Shown here: in pieces, positions 53,646-64,000 of the stretch | Position numbering within the stretch: the stretch's first letter is position 1 | How the letters are laid out: each line of letters begins with the position of its first letter | Assembly (NCBI GenBank): GCA_949106495.1 | Contig: CARYZD010000007.1 | Location: 44,710-108,709 of the forward strand | Length of the DNA: 64,000 nucleotides | From: an uncultured Clostridia bacterium | GTDB lineage: Bacteria; Bacillota; Clostridia; TANB77; CAG-465 | Direction of reading: 5' to 3' | Notes under the pieces: model-generated | What the model was told of the DNA's origin: nothing | Seen by the model: the letters and a program-made list of their open reading frames with translations, nothing else | The model's database searches: none | Translations under genes and position numbers: made by a program

Positions 53646-54674
53646 CTATTTTTTATCCTTAAAAGGATATTCTATTCCAAGATGCTCATATGCAAGAGGA
53701 GTTGCAAGTCTACCTCTTGGTCCCCTTGTTAAAAAGCCTATCTGCATAAGATAAGGCTCATATACATCTTCTATTGTATCTTTATCTTCCCCAATACATG
53801 CAGCCAGTGTATCAAGTCCTACTGGTCCGCCATTAAATTTTTCAATTACAGCCTCAAGCATTACTCTGTCTGTATTATCTAGTCCTATTTCATCTACTTC
53901 AAGTCTATCTAAAGCACGTTTTGCGACATCATAATCTATGCAATCTTTTTTTTCTACTTGAGCAAAATCTCTTACTCTTTTTAAAAGCCTATTCGCAATT
54001 CTTGGTGTTCCTCTACATCTTGACCCTATTTCAAGAGCTGCATCATCATCTATTCCTACACCTAAAATTCCTGCACTTCTTGTTATTATTTTTGCAAGTT
54101 CTTTTTCAGTATAGAGCTCTAATCTATTGTTTATTCCAAATCTATCACGAAGTGGTGATGAAAGAGAGCCAGCTTTAGTTGTTGCACCAACAAGAGTAAA
54201 TTTTGGCAAATCTAATCTAATAGACTTTGCAGCAGGTCCCTTTCCTATTACAATATCTAAATTAAAATCTTCTAATGCTGGATATAGTATTTCTTCAACA
54301 GATTTATTAAGTCTATGTATTTCATCTATAAATAATATATCATCTTCTTGTAAATTAGTAAGGATTGCCGCTAAATCTCCTGCTTTTTCTATTGCAGGAC
54401 CTGATGTTATTTTTATATTACTTCCCATTTCATTTGCAATAATTGTTGCAAGTGTAGTCTTTCCAAGACCTGGTGGTCCATAAAGAAGAACATGGTCTAA
54501 AGCTTCTCCTCTTGCTTTTGCTGCTTCTATATATACTTTTAAATTTTCTTTTACTTTTTCTTGTCCTATGTACTCAGAAAAAACTTGAGGTCTAAGACTT
54601 GTTTCATCTACTCTCTCCTCAAATTCTTCATCCTCATATGTTAGTTCTGGTGATATAACTCTATCTTCTATCAT
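53646..54674 (-). CDS. ruvB: Holliday junction branch-migration ATPase RuvB
   Basis: Walker [15 protein letters not shown]; AAA+ core; winged-helix C-terminus. Start at MIEDRV (AGAGGTGA RBS). Confidence 0.95.
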   Translation of the reverse strand: MIEDRVISPELTYEDEEFEERVDETSLRPQVFSEYIGQEKVKENLKVYIEAAKARGEALDHVLLYGPPGLGKTTLATIIANEMGSNIKITSGPAIEKAGDLAAILTNLQEDDILFIDEIHRLNKSVEEILYPALEDFNLDIVIGKGPAAKSIRLDLPKFTLVGATTKAGSLSSPLRDRFGINNRLELYTEKELAKIITRSAGILGVGIDDDAALEIGSRCRGTPRIANRLLKRVRDFAQVEKKDCIDYDVAKRALDRLEVDEIGLDNTDRVMLEAVIEKFNGGPVGLDTLAACIGEDKDTIEDVYEPYLMQIGFLTRGPRGRLATPLAYEHLGIEYPFKDKK

Positions 54675-54777
54675 CTTGTTCACCTCTAGTATGATTATTA
54701 TATCAAACATAAGTTTTTAAGTCAAACTATAATGGATATATTCTAATGTTTTTCATATACATGTATTGAGGAAATTT

Positions 54778-55512
54778 ATGATAAAAAATTGTTTAAAAAA
54801 GGTAAATAAAAAAATATTAATTATAACTATTCTTTTACTAATTCTCAACATAGGAGTTATATGTATAAAGGGAAATACAATTGAATATACAGAAAATGAA
54901 AAAGAACTAATTTCTCTTTATGATGATAAAAAATTACTTGTCCTAACTTTTGATGATGGCCCTAGTAAATATACGCCTTCTCTTTTGGAATATCTTAAAG
55001 AAAAAAATATTCATGCCACTTTCTTTGTCTTGGGCGAACAAGCAAAAAAATATCCTGAAATTATTTCTGAGGAATATAATAATGGAAATTTAATTTGTAT
55101 ACATAGTTACACACATAAATTTTTTACTAAAATTCCAAAAGAACAAGTTGTTGAGCAAATTAGTTTAACTAAAGATATAATCTTTAACATAACAAATTAT
55201 CCTCCTTCATATATACGTATTCCTTATGGAATAACAAATGAAAATGTTAATAGTATTTTAAAAGAAGAAAAACTTGAAAATGTATTATGGAATGTAGATT
55301 CACTTGATTGGAAATATAAAGATAAAAATAATACTGTTGAACATATAAAAAAGAATATACATGGTAATGATATTATCCTAATGCATGATATTTTAAAGTC
55401 AAGTGTTGATTCTGCAAAAGAAATAATAGATTATTACACAAGTCTTGGATACAAATTTGTTACAGTAGATGAATTTTATCATATAAAAAACATAACTAAG
55501 TCTAATAAGTAA
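54778..55512 (+). CDS. NodB-family polysaccharide/peptidoglycan deacetylase
   Basis: TFDDGP motif; His-His (HSYTH) metal site; N-terminal TM. Start at MIKNCL (GAGGAAA RBS); the upstream in-frame start would be TTG. Confidence 0.8.
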   Translation: MIKNCLKKVNKKILIITILLLILNIGVICIKGNTIEYTENEKELISLYDDKKLLVLTFDDGPSKYTPSLLEYLKEKNIHATFFVLGEQAKKYPEIISEEYNNGNLICIHSYTHKFFTKIPKEQVVEQISLTKDIIFNITNYPPSYIRIPYGITNENVNSILKEEKLENVLWNVDSLDWKYKDKNNTVEHIKKNIHGNDIILMHDILKSSVDSAKEIIDYYTSLGYKFVTVDEFYHIKNITKSNK

Positions 55513-55558
55513 TTTAAAATTTTAACTATTTATTATATAATACATTTGGTGATAACTA

Positions 55559-56140
55559 ATGAATAAAAAAAATAATACTATAATAAAAATTTTATGTTTT
55601 ATATTTGCAATAATTTGCACTACTACTTTCTCTTTTGTTTTAAAAAATAAATTATATGATAATTTTAACGATAATGTTCAAAATATATGTCAAGATACAG
55701 ACACAAATTATAAAAAAATAGAGCTAGCAAAAGCATATGTTACAAAGGTAGTAGATGGCGATACAATTTGGGTAAAAATTGATAATGAAGATTTTAAAGT
55801 TAGATTTATTGGAATAGATTGTCCAGAATATACAAAAGAAATTGAAACCTATGGCAAAGAAGCAACTGAATTTACAGCTGAAAAGCTTTTAAATACAACA
55901 GTTTATCTTCAAAAAGATATAACAGATAAAGATAAATATGATAGACTTTTAAGATATGTTTGGGTAGAAAATATATCTGAACTTACAGATGAAAATATTT
56001 CAAATTACTTATTTAACTATACTCTTGTACATGAAGGTCTAGCAGAAAGTATAAAATATAAACCTAATATATCCTTACAAAATATTCTTGATAAAGCTCA
56101 AAAATATGCACAAGAAAATAAAAAAGGAATGTGGCAATAA
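55559..56140 (+). CDS. thermonuclease (SNase-like) family protein
   Basis: N-terminal TM/signal; VVDGDT, RFIGIDCPE, RLLRYVW motifs. Confidence 0.8.
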   Translation: MNKKNNTIIKILCFIFAIICTTTFSFVLKNKLYDNFNDNVQNICQDTDTNYKKIELAKAYVTKVVDGDTIWVKIDNEDFKVRFIGIDCPEYTKEIETYGKEATEFTAEKLLNTTVYLQKDITDKDKYDRLLRYVWVENISELTDENISNYLFNYTLVHEGLAESIKYKPNISLQNILDKAQKYAQENKKGMWQ

Positions 56141-56161
56141 TAACGCTACATTCCTTTTAAA

Positions 56162-57175
56162 TTATATCATTTTCTGTATTAATTTTCCTTTTCCATTTTT
56201 ATATTCAAATATTGCATAAGAGCCATTTACTATATACATTTGTGGTGGTATGTGCCCTATGTCTACATTAAATACTATTGGTACATTAAATTTATCAAGT
56301 GCTCTGTGAACAGCCTCTTTAAAAGAAAAGTATTCTTGTTCATTTTGTTGCATAAAAGACCTACCAATTAAGACTCCTTTAATATTTTTAAAATATCCCA
56401 TTTGATCCATATACCAAAGTCTTCTATAAAATTCACATGGATTAAGTTCACAATTATCTAGATGCCAAATAACCCCATCCTCATCAAATTGTGAAACAAA
56501 ATTTTTTATGTTATCCATTTTGGTTCCAGCAATCAAATTAAATGTATCAATGCAACCACCTATAATTCTTCCTTCAAATGATACTTCTGATTTATCACAT
56601 TCATAAATATCAGGTTCTGTTAAGTTATATCCTTTCAAATTTCCTTCTTCAAATTCTTCTTTTTGATACTTTTCAAAACTTTCTTGAATAAATTCTTTAT
56701 TCTCACTAAACATAAAATCTATAGCATTTTGTATTGACTTATATCTTGGATTCATTGCATATTCACTTATATTTTCCATATTAACTGTTGCAATATTAAA
56801 ATTGGTTGTTATATAAAAATTTAAAAGTGATGGGTCTGAAAAGCCTTGTATCCATTTTGGATTGTTTTTTATAATATCCTTATGTTCATTTAAAAATGGT
56901 AACATTTCCATTAAGAACTCTCCACCACGAGCTGCAATTATGTATTTAACTTCTGGATTTTTATATAACTCTAAAAGTTCTTCTGCCCTTGTTTTTGCAT
57001 TTGAACTTACTATTCCATTTTGTCTTACATTATTTGTTTCAATTACATTTAAACCTAAGCTTTCGATATTTTTTATAGATAAATCTATTTTATCTTTATT
57101 TGCAGGCATTGATACTGCAGTAATTCCTAATGTATCTCCATTTTTAATCTTTTCTGGATATATTATTACTCCCAT
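56162..57175 (-). CDS. LD-carboxypeptidase (peptidase S66, LdcA/MccF-like)
   Basis: S66 fold pattern (GDTLGITAVS ... GFSD ... H); start set at MGVII (GGAGGA RBS), removing the overlap with rsmE. Confidence 0.75.
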   Translation of the reverse strand: MGVIIYPEKIKNGDTLGITAVSMPANKDKIDLSIKNIESLGLNVIETNNVRQNGIVSSNAKTRAEELLELYKNPEVKYIIAARGGEFLMEMLPFLNEHKDIIKNNPKWIQGFSDPSLLNFYITTNFNIATVNMENISEYAMNPRYKSIQNAIDFMFSENKEFIQESFEKYQKEEFEEGNLKGYNLTEPDIYECDKSEVSFEGRIIGGCIDTFNLIAGTKMDNIKNFVSQFDEDGVIWHLDNCELNPCEFYRRLWYMDQMGYFKNIKGVLIGRSFMQQNEQEYFSFKEAVHRALDKFNVPIVFNVDIGHIPPQMYIVNGSYAIFEYKNGKGKLIQKMI

Positions 57176-57176
57176 T

Positions 57177-57911
57177 TTATTCCTCCATTTCATATATAAT
57201 AATAGATAATAAATTAAGTGCTGCTGTTTCTGCTCTAAGTATTCTTGTTCCTAAACTTACACATGAAACACTTTCTATTTGTTTTAATTCTTCTGCCTCT
57301 TTATTTGTAAATCCACCTTCTGCTCCTATTACCATTCCGATATCTTTTAAATTTCTATCTTTTGCATCTTTTATTTCTTTTTTTAAAGAATCATTAGAAG
57401 CCTCATATGCAAAAAATACCTTTTGAATACCTTCAATTTCATTTTTTAACTCTGAAAAATTAATTGGGTTTAAAACTTCAACACTATCTGTTCTACCACA
57501 CTGCTTACATGCTTCATCTGCAACTTTTTGTAGCTTTTCTTTTCTTTTTATTCTATCTTTTTCATCTAATTTTACTACAACATTACTCGAAAAAAATGGT
57601 ACTATATTTTTCACTCCAATTTCTACAGCTTTTTGAACAACAAAATCCATTTTATCTGATTTTAAAAATGCCATATAAAGTGTAATATTATTTTTTGGTA
57701 CACCAACTATTGGTGCCTCTTTAACAAATTCTAAAATAGCACTATCTCTTCTCATTTCTATAATTTTATATATTGAATCATTTAATGTTATTTCATCATT
57801 TACATCATGTCTAAGTACTTGTATATGCTTTACTTCACTTCCAGTTATAATATATATATTATCTGATTGTTTTTGTATATTATCTTTATCTACAATAAAT
57901 CTTCTTGCCAA
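57177..57911 (-). CDS. rsmE: 16S rRNA (uracil1498-N3)-methyltransferase
   Basis: N-terminal PUA-like plus SPOUT C-terminal domain (IGAEGGFT). Confidence 0.85.
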   Translation of the reverse strand: MARRFIVDKDNIQKQSDNIYIITGSEVKHIQVLRHDVNDEITLNDSIYKIIEMRRDSAILEFVKEAPIVGVPKNNITLYMAFLKSDKMDFVVQKAVEIGVKNIVPFFSSNVVVKLDEKDRIKRKEKLQKVADEACKQCGRTDSVEVLNPINFSELKNEIEGIQKVFFAYEASNDSLKKEIKDAKDRNLKDIGMVIGAEGGFTNKEAEELKQIESVSCVSLGTRILRAETAALNLLSIIIYEMEE

Positions 57912-57971
57912 TGTTATTTACCTCCAATAATATTTAAATTATATAATTATAATTTAACATTGTCAAATAGA

Positions 57972-57998
57972 ATAAAGGACATCAAATGATGTCCTTTA
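57972..57998 (-). terminator. terminator after ppaC
   Basis: aaaggacatcaaatgatgtccttt. Confidence 0.5.
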
Positions 57999-58002
57999 AA
58001 TT

Positions 58003-58923
58003 TTATGCATTTTCTTGTAATACTGGAAGTATTTGTTTCTTTCTTGATACTACTCCAGGTAAAAATGCTGTATTGTCTTCAAGTTTTGTATTAAATCCTT
58101 TTTCAAATATTGTAGTTTCTTTTCCTAAAACTATTGCTTGTGAATTACTGTTTATTATATCTGTGATTGCAAATACAAATAAGTCTAAATTATTTTCTTC
58201 GATATCTTTTGAAATTGCAGCTTCAAATTCAGATTTTCTTTTCATCATTTCTGAAATATCTGCAGTATTTACTTGTGCAACTTTTGCTTTTTTATCTTTT
58301 AATTCACATTTTTTACAATCAAGACCTATTAGTTCTTCTGCAGAATAATCACTTAAATCTGTACCTGCTTTTAGCATTTCAAGTCCATATTCTTCATAAT
58401 TTACTTCTGCTATTTTTGCAAGTTCTTCAACTGCTTTTTCATCTTCTACAGTCTTTGTTGGAGATTTTAAAAGTAAAGTATCTGAAATTATAGCACTAAG
58501 CATAATTCCTGCTATCTTTTTATCTATTTCAAATCCATATTCTTTATACATTTTTAAAAGAATTGTATTTGTACAACCAACAGGTTCTGCTCTATAATAT
58601 AGAGGTTCTGCTGTTAAAAAATCACAAATTCTGTGATGGTCTACTACCATTCTAATTTTAGCATTTTCAATTCCATCTGCACTTTGTGAGAACTCATTGT
58701 GGTCTACTAATATAACTTCTTGACCTTCTTCTACTTTTTCTATTAATTCTGGAGCCTCAAATTCAAAATAATTTAAAGCAAATTTTGTTTCCTTATTTGG
58801 TTCTCCAAGTCTTACTGCTTTTACATTTTTTCCTAATTTCTTTTGAAAATCTGCCATTACTATACTAGAGCAGATTGTATCTGTATCTGGACTCTTATGT
58901 CCAAAAACTAACATTTCTTCCAT
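58003..58923 (-). CDS. ppaC: manganese-dependent inorganic pyrophosphatase (family II, DHH)
   Basis: FGHKSPDTDT, DHH and DHHR-type C-terminal motifs. Confidence 0.9.
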   Translation of the reverse strand: MEEMLVFGHKSPDTDTICSSIVMADFQKKLGKNVKAVRLGEPNKETKFALNYFEFEAPELIEKVEEGQEVILVDHNEFSQSADGIENAKIRMVVDHHRICDFLTAEPLYYRAEPVGCTNTILLKMYKEYGFEIDKKIAGIMLSAIISDTLLLKSPTKTVEDEKAVEELAKIAEVNYEEYGLEMLKAGTDLSDYSAEELIGLDCKKCELKDKKAKVAQVNTADISEMMKRKSEFEAAISKDIEENNLDLFVFAITDIINSNSQAIVLGKETTIFEKGFNTKLEDNTAFLPGVVSRKKQILPVLQENA

Positions 58924-58943
58924 AATATATCTCCCTTTCTAAA

Positions 58944-60272
58944 TTACTCTTCACCCTTTTTTCTCTCACGTATTATCATATGAATTGGTGTTCCTTTAAA
59001 ACCAAATTGTTTTCTCAAATGATTTTCTATATATCTTACATATGAAAAATGCATTAATTCTTTTGAATTAACAAATATAACAAATGTTGGTGGTCTTGTA
59101 GAAACCTGAGTCATATAATATACTTTAAGTCTCTTACCTTTATCTGAAGGTGGTTGAGTTATAGTTGTAGCATCTGCAAGTACATCATTTAATAATCCTG
59201 TAGGTATTCTTTGACTATTTTGCTTATCTACTTCATTTATCATATCAAAAAGTTTATCTACCCTTTGACCTGTAACAGTAGAAATAAATATAATTGGTGC
59301 ATATGACAAATATGCTAGCTTATCATATACTTGTTTTTTATATTTTTCCATAGTGTTAGTTTCTTTTTCAACTAAATCCCATTTATTTATAACTATTATT
59401 ACACCTTTACCGCCCTCATGAGCAAGTCCTGCAATTTTTTCATCTTGTTCTGTAACACCTTCTGTTGCATCTATCATAATTAAGCATACATTTGCTTTTT
59501 CAATTGCACTTTTAGCTTTAAGAACAGAATACTTTTCAAGTTTATCATATACTTTATTTTTTCTTCTAATACCTGCTGTATCAACAAATACATATTTTCC
59601 ATGACTATTTTCAAAATATGTATCTATAGCATCTCTTGTTGTTCCTGCAATATCTGAAACAATTACTCTATCTTCTCCAAGTATTTTATTTATTAAAGAA
59701 GATTTTCCAGCATTAGGTTTTCCTATTACTGCAACTCTTATTGTTTCATCATCTTCAACTTCTGTTTCTATATTATCAAACTTATCATAAATAGAATCTA
59801 ATAGCTCACCTATACCAAGTTTTTTACCAGCAGATATTGGTAAAGGATCTCCAAGTCCTAAATTATAAAATTCATATAATTCATCTGGTGGATTACCTAC
59901 TCTATCACATTTATTGCAAACAAGAATTACTGGTTTTTTAGTTTTTCTAAGCATTTGTGCAACTTCCTCGTCTGACACTGTAACACCAGCTTTTACATCA
60001 GTAATAAACACTATTACATCTGCAATATCCATAGCAAGTTCTGCTTGTCTTCTCATCTGTTTTAAAATTATATCATCAGACTCTGGCTCAATACCACCAG
60101 TATCAATTACTTGAAATGTAGTTCCACGCCACCCACAATCTGCATATATTCTATCTCTTGTAACACCTGGAATATCTTTTATTATAGCAATTTTTTCTCC
60201 TGCAAAAACATTGAACAATGTTGATTTTCCAACATTTGGTCTACCAACAATTGCAACTACTTTTTTTGACAT
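58944..60272 (-). CDS. der: ribosome-biogenesis GTPase Der (EngA)
   Basis: Two tandem G-domains (GRPNVGKS and GKPNAGKS) plus KH-like C-terminus. Confidence 0.95.
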   Translation of the reverse strand: MSKKVVAIVGRPNVGKSTLFNVFAGEKIAIIKDIPGVTRDRIYADCGWRGTTFQVIDTGGIEPESDDIILKQMRRQAELAMDIADVIVFITDVKAGVTVSDEEVAQMLRKTKKPVILVCNKCDRVGNPPDELYEFYNLGLGDPLPISAGKKLGIGELLDSIYDKFDNIETEVEDDETIRVAVIGKPNAGKSSLINKILGEDRVIVSDIAGTTRDAIDTYFENSHGKYVFVDTAGIRRKNKVYDKLEKYSVLKAKSAIEKANVCLIMIDATEGVTEQDEKIAGLAHEGGKGVIIVINKWDLVEKETNTMEKYKKQVYDKLAYLSYAPIIFISTVTGQRVDKLFDMINEVDKQNSQRIPTGLLNDVLADATTITQPPSDKGKRLKVYYMTQVSTRPPTFVIFVNSKELMHFSYVRYIENHLRKQFGFKGTPIHMIIRERKKGEE

Positions 60273-60383
60273 CTTTTTCCCTCCTTCTCTAAAAAGTAAA
60301 TATTAACGTATATATTTTACCATTTTTATAACAAAAAGTCAAAGAAAAGTAGCTAAATAGCTACTTTATCTTTATAAGTTATA

Positions 60384-63300
60384 TTATTTTTCTAATTTTA
60401 ATTTTCTTAAAATAATACCACCAAATATTATAAATAAAATAATATATAATGTTATATTAATATCCCCTGTATTTGGTAAATCAAATATATTTTCAGAAAG
60501 TTTTCTATATTTAGCTTCAAATACTTGCTCTCCGTTTGTAAATTTAGATTTTATTACTTTTTGTACTAATAATTCATATCCATCAATTTCTGGTAATTCC
60601 ATGTAGAAATTTTTACCAACTTCACCTTCTTCAATATAATCTTCTTTTATTATATTTCCTTCATCATCTACATATTTTACTACTATTGTCCCTTGTTCTA
60701 TTGGTTTTACTTGACTTTTTTCTACAATAACTTTTATTACTATTGAATCATCAGTATAAGTTCCTGTTGTGTTGTCTGGTTTTTCCACAATTTCATATCC
60801 TGGTATGTCTTTTATAGTTACACTATACTTATCTCCAACTTTTCCTGTAATTTCTTGTCTTAATACTTCATTACCTTCAGTATCTTCATAAATGACTATT
60901 ACTTTACTTGTATTTCTTTCATAATAATAGATTACTTCTTGTTGTCCTTCTGGTAATGTTCCAATTTCATTTCCAACTACTTTAACTAATTTATAATTTG
61001 CAAATGATTTTTTATCTGTTTTGTAATTTTCTCCTGTTCTACCATCTATTATATAACTATCTAAAACTTTATTTGTTTCTCTATCAATATATTTTACTAG
61101 TACTTTTCCTTCTCTTATCTTTTGTACTTTTATTTTTACTTCTATTACTCCATCCTTATATGTTCCTTCTACATTTTCTGGTACTTCTACAATTTCATAT
61201 CCTGGAATATCTTTTACTGTTACAGTATATTCATCTCCAACTTTTCCATTTTTTTCTTCTTTTAATACTTCTTTTCCATTTTCATCTTCATATGTAACTA
61301 CTACTTTTCCAACTTTCTTTTCATAGTAATATATTACATCTTTAGGTTCAGTTGTTAAAGTTCCTGCAGTCTCTCCAACAACTTCAACAAAGTTATAATT
61401 ATCAAAAGATTTTTGTTCAGTTGTATATGATTTACCTAACTCACCTTTTATCTCACATCTATCCAATAATATATTAGATTCTTTATCTACATATAAAACA
61501 GTTACTTTTCCTGAAATCATTTTATACTCATAAATTACTGGTAAAGAATCTCTATAAAATATTCCATTTTTATTGTCTGGTATTTTTACAACTTCATAAC
61601 CATCTACCTCTCTTGGAATTGTTTCATATGTTCCTTCTTCAAGTCCACTAACTTCTGTTATATAAATTTGCTCTCCTGTTTCTTGATTTATTCCTATTAC
61701 ATCTATTGCAATTGCTTTTCTATAATAAAATACTACTTCTTTAGCTTCAACTCCTAATATAACATCTTCGTAATCTGGTCTTTGTTCTAAAACATATCCT
61801 AAGAAAGTCTTTTCATCTAAACTTACAGTATCATTTTCGTTTCCTGTATATATTTCTTGATCTATCATCTCTCCTGATATTATATCTACATACTTAACTA
61901 CTAATCCACCAGATATTCTTTTATAATAAAATGATTTTGTAACATTCTCTCTTCCCATTACGCCTGTTGTTGGATTAGGACTTTGTATTAATATATATCC
62001 TTCAAGATTTTGAGCATAGGCTTCATATTGTTCTCCCTCTTTATATGCTCTTACTATATCATCTGTTATTTTTTGATTTGTATTTGCATCTATATGCTCA
62101 GTTACTAAATTTGATAATTTTTTATATTTATATGTTACCTCTGTTGGACCATATTGCATTTTACCTGTTGTTGCTCCACTTACTTCTACAAATACATAAC
62201 CATCTATATCTTTTTTTACTGTAGTATAATCATCATTTTGTAGTCCTGGCATAACTTCTTGTGTAGCTATAACATTATTTGTTATCATATCTATATAATT
62301 TACAGTAACTGATGTATTTTTCTTATAGTAATATGTTACAGTTATGTCACTTCTTTCTACTGTTCCTGTTACATTTCCTTCTACTCTTGTAAATGTATAT
62401 CCTTCTATATTTTGTTTTATAGTTGAATATGCATCTCCTTCTTTATATTTTCTTGTATCTTGTGCTGATAATACATAGCCATTATTTTCATTTACATATC
62501 TTGTTGTAACATATGAAGTTTTTCTATATTCATATGTTACAGTTATTTTATCTATAGTAAACATTCCATAATAGTTTGAAGGTGTCAATACTAACTCATA
62601 TCCATCTATTTGTTTTGCAACTGTTTGATAAGATTGACCTACATTTCCTTTAAGTTTTGTTGTAGCAGCGATTTCTTCTCCTGTTACTTGGTCTATATAT
62701 CTTACATCTACACCATCTGATACTATTACTACTGGAACTTCAATATCATTTTCATTACCAGCTACATCTACCACTTTAAATGTATATGTTCCTGGTATGG
62801 TTACTACATATGTGGTTGTTGCATTTGTTACTTCTGTTCCATCTGGTTTCACTATTTTTGCTACACCTGATGCATCATCTGTAGCATTTAATGTAATTGT
62901 TGCTCCTCTTACTTCAGGAGTAGGTTGTTCAACACTTGAAGTTCCTTGTGGTTTTACTTTATCTATATTTGTAATTGTAATACTTTTTGTTGTAGTTGCA
63001 CCACTATTATCTGTTACACTAAATTCGTATGTACCATTTCTTTCTACTTCATAAGTCGCATTATCTCCTGTTACAACTGTATTATCTGGTAATTTTACAC
63101 TTACTACTCTACCATCACTATCTGATGATGTAGCACTAATTATTACATTACCATTCGTCCATCTAGTTATATCTTGACTTAAACTAAGCTCTGGCGCAAT
63201 ATTTTCATGTAATAATACATGTAATGTTTCTCCAACATTTCCTGCACCATCTATTGCCTTTATATGTAAATATGTATTAGGTCCATCTCCTAATGTATAA

Positions 63301-64000
63301 TTTATGCTTGTAGATGTTGTATCTATTGTATTATCTACAGTTGTATTTGAATTTGTATCTATTACATAGCTATATCCTGCTACACCTGATGTATTAGTCT
63401 GTGTAACTGTATTAGATGAAGTAATTTCATCTGTTGCTAAATCTTCTGCCCTTACATAGTATTTATATGTTGTTCCATTATCTGTTGCAGAAAATGTTAC
63501 TGTTCCATTAATGTAATTTAATGTATTATTTCCAAACACTGGTTTATTAGGAACATTTATATCTTTAGCATTAGGGTCAGTTGCATTTTTATTTGCATCT
63601 GTATTTCCTAAATAAAATAATAAATTTGCCCATATTTTTTGTTCATCTGCTGTAGCATTACAATTAGAATGTCCTGTCTGTATCATTGCAGTATGATTGC
63701 TTATTGTTAAGTAATAATTAAATTCACCTTGTCCATTTTGGTCTGTTACATGTGGTGTTCCACTAACAAAAGATAATGGTACACTACCATATGTAACTTG
63801 TCCTGTAGTATGGCATGCAGGAACTGTTAAAACTGTTCCATCTACTCCAATATTCCATGGATAAGTTGTAAATATTGAATTACCATTTATTCTTACTTGT
63901 GTAGTTTGTCCAACTGTACTATTACCAAATGAAGCAGATGATGTTGGTGTTACTCCATCATGTGTTGTTACTTTTATATTAAAATATCCTCTTAATGAGT
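60384..64000 (-). CDS. LPXTG-anchored surface protein with Ig-like domains and ~8 MucBP-type repeats (N-terminus beyond window)
   Basis: C-terminal LPNTGD + TM + RKLKLEK. Repeated ~75-aa units ending ...VTYxYxK with the GY(E/T)(L/F)V pattern characteristic of MucBP. Reading frame stays open upstream of the annotated M to the window edge. Confidence 0.75.
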   Translation of the reverse strand, partial: SLRGYFNIKVTTHDGVTPTSSASFGNSTVGQTTQVRINGNSIFTTYPWNIGVDGTVLTVPACHTTGQVTYGSVPLSFVSGTPHVTDQNGQGEFNYYLTISNHTAMIQTGHSNCNATADEQKIWANLLFYLGNTDANKNATDPNAKDINVPNKPVFGNNTLNYINGTVTFSATDNGTTYKYYVRAEDLATDEITSSNTVTQTNTSGVAGYSYVIDTNSNTTVDNTIDTTSTSINYTLGDGPNTYLHIKAIDGAGNVGETLHVLLHENIAPELSLSQDITRWTNGNVIISATSSDSDGRVVSVKLPDNTVVTGDNATYEVERNGTYEFSVTDNSGATTTKSITITNIDKVKPQGTSSVEQPTPEVRGATITLNATDDASGVAKIVKPDGTEVTNATTTYVVTIPGTYTFKVVDVAGNENDIEVPVVIVSDGVDVRYIDQVTGEEIAATTKLKGNVGQSYQTVAKQIDGYELVLTPSNYYGMFTIDKITVTYEYRKTSYVTTRYVNENNGYVLSAQDTRKYKEGDAYSTIKQNIEGYTFTRVEGNVTGTVERSDITVTYYYKKNTSVTVNYIDMITNNVIATQEVMPGLQNDDYTTVKKDIDGYVFVEVSGATTGKMQYGPTEVTYKYKKLSNLVTEHIDANTNQKITDDIVRAYKEGEQYEAYAQNLEGYILIQSPNPTTGVMGRENVTKSFYYKRISGGLVVKYVDIISGEMIDQEIYTGNENDTVSLDEKTFLGYVLEQRPDYEDVILGVEAKEVVFYYRKAIAIDVIGINQETGEQIYITEVSGLEEGTYETIPREVDGYEVVKIPDNKNGIFYRDSLPVIYEYKMISGKVTVLYVDKESNILLDRCEIKGELGKSYTTEQKSFDNYNFVEVVGETAGTLTTEPKDVIYYYEKKVGKVVVTYEDENGKEVLKEEKNGKVGDEYTVTVKDIPGYEIVEVPENVEGTYKDGVIEVKIKVQKIREGKVLVKYIDRETNKVLDSYIIDGRTGENYKTDKKSFANYKLVKVVGNEIGTLPEGQQEVIYYYERNTSKVIVIYEDTEGNEVLRQEITGKVGDKYSVTIKDIPGYEIVEKPDNTTGTYTDDSIVIKVIVEKSQVKPIEQGTIVVKYVDDEGNIIKEDYIEEGEVGKNFYMELPEIDGYELLVQKVIKSKFTNGEQVFEAKYRKLSENIFDLPNTGDINITLYIILFIIFGGIILRKLKLEK

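Overview
This 64 kb window is a low-GC (about 27-28% by eye) chromosomal segment of a Clostridium-like Firmicute. Nearly every gene lies on the minus strand. Recognisable housekeeping genes run, in coordinate order: xpt (3' end), argS, pyrP-upp (fused), a TGS/uridine-kinase-like gene, rho, rimO, dpaB, carB, carA, lexA, pfkA, rpe (fused to an AlkD-like domain), rsgA, prkC, stp, rlmN, fmt, def, ftsK, rsmD, dnaJ-dnaK-grpE-hrcA with its CIRCE operator, thrS with a T-box leader, queH, ruvB, rsmE, ppaC and der. Several accessory or unusual islets interrupt this backbone. (1) Two tandem, highly similar ~1,400-aa cell-surface adhesin genes with a putative thioester (TQxA[IV]W-like) N-terminal domain, many CnaB-type repeats and an atypical C-terminal sorting signal (VTNTGD). 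They sit next to a ~450-bp IS3-family relic, and a MucBP-repeat LPNTG adhesin lies at the window end. (2) A ~1.2 kb island of higher GC carrying one unknown gene whose promoter/5'UTR contains a 15-bp palindrome that recurs ~370 bp upstream. (3) A ~540-bp non-coding insert inside the otherwise compact prkC-rsgA-rpe operon, with three hairpin elements sharing a GAYGTGARCT loop; one has a consensus sigma-A promoter (candidate ~80-nt sRNA). (4) Two apparent gene fusions (uracil permease-UPRT, and Rpe-AlkD) plus a leader-peptide/terminator arrangement upstream of the permease-UPRT gene. (5) An orphan dpaB, a catalytically dead ImmA/IrrE-like gene, and a frameshifted vanW/SH3b gene. No CRISPR array, rRNA or tRNA genes were seen.
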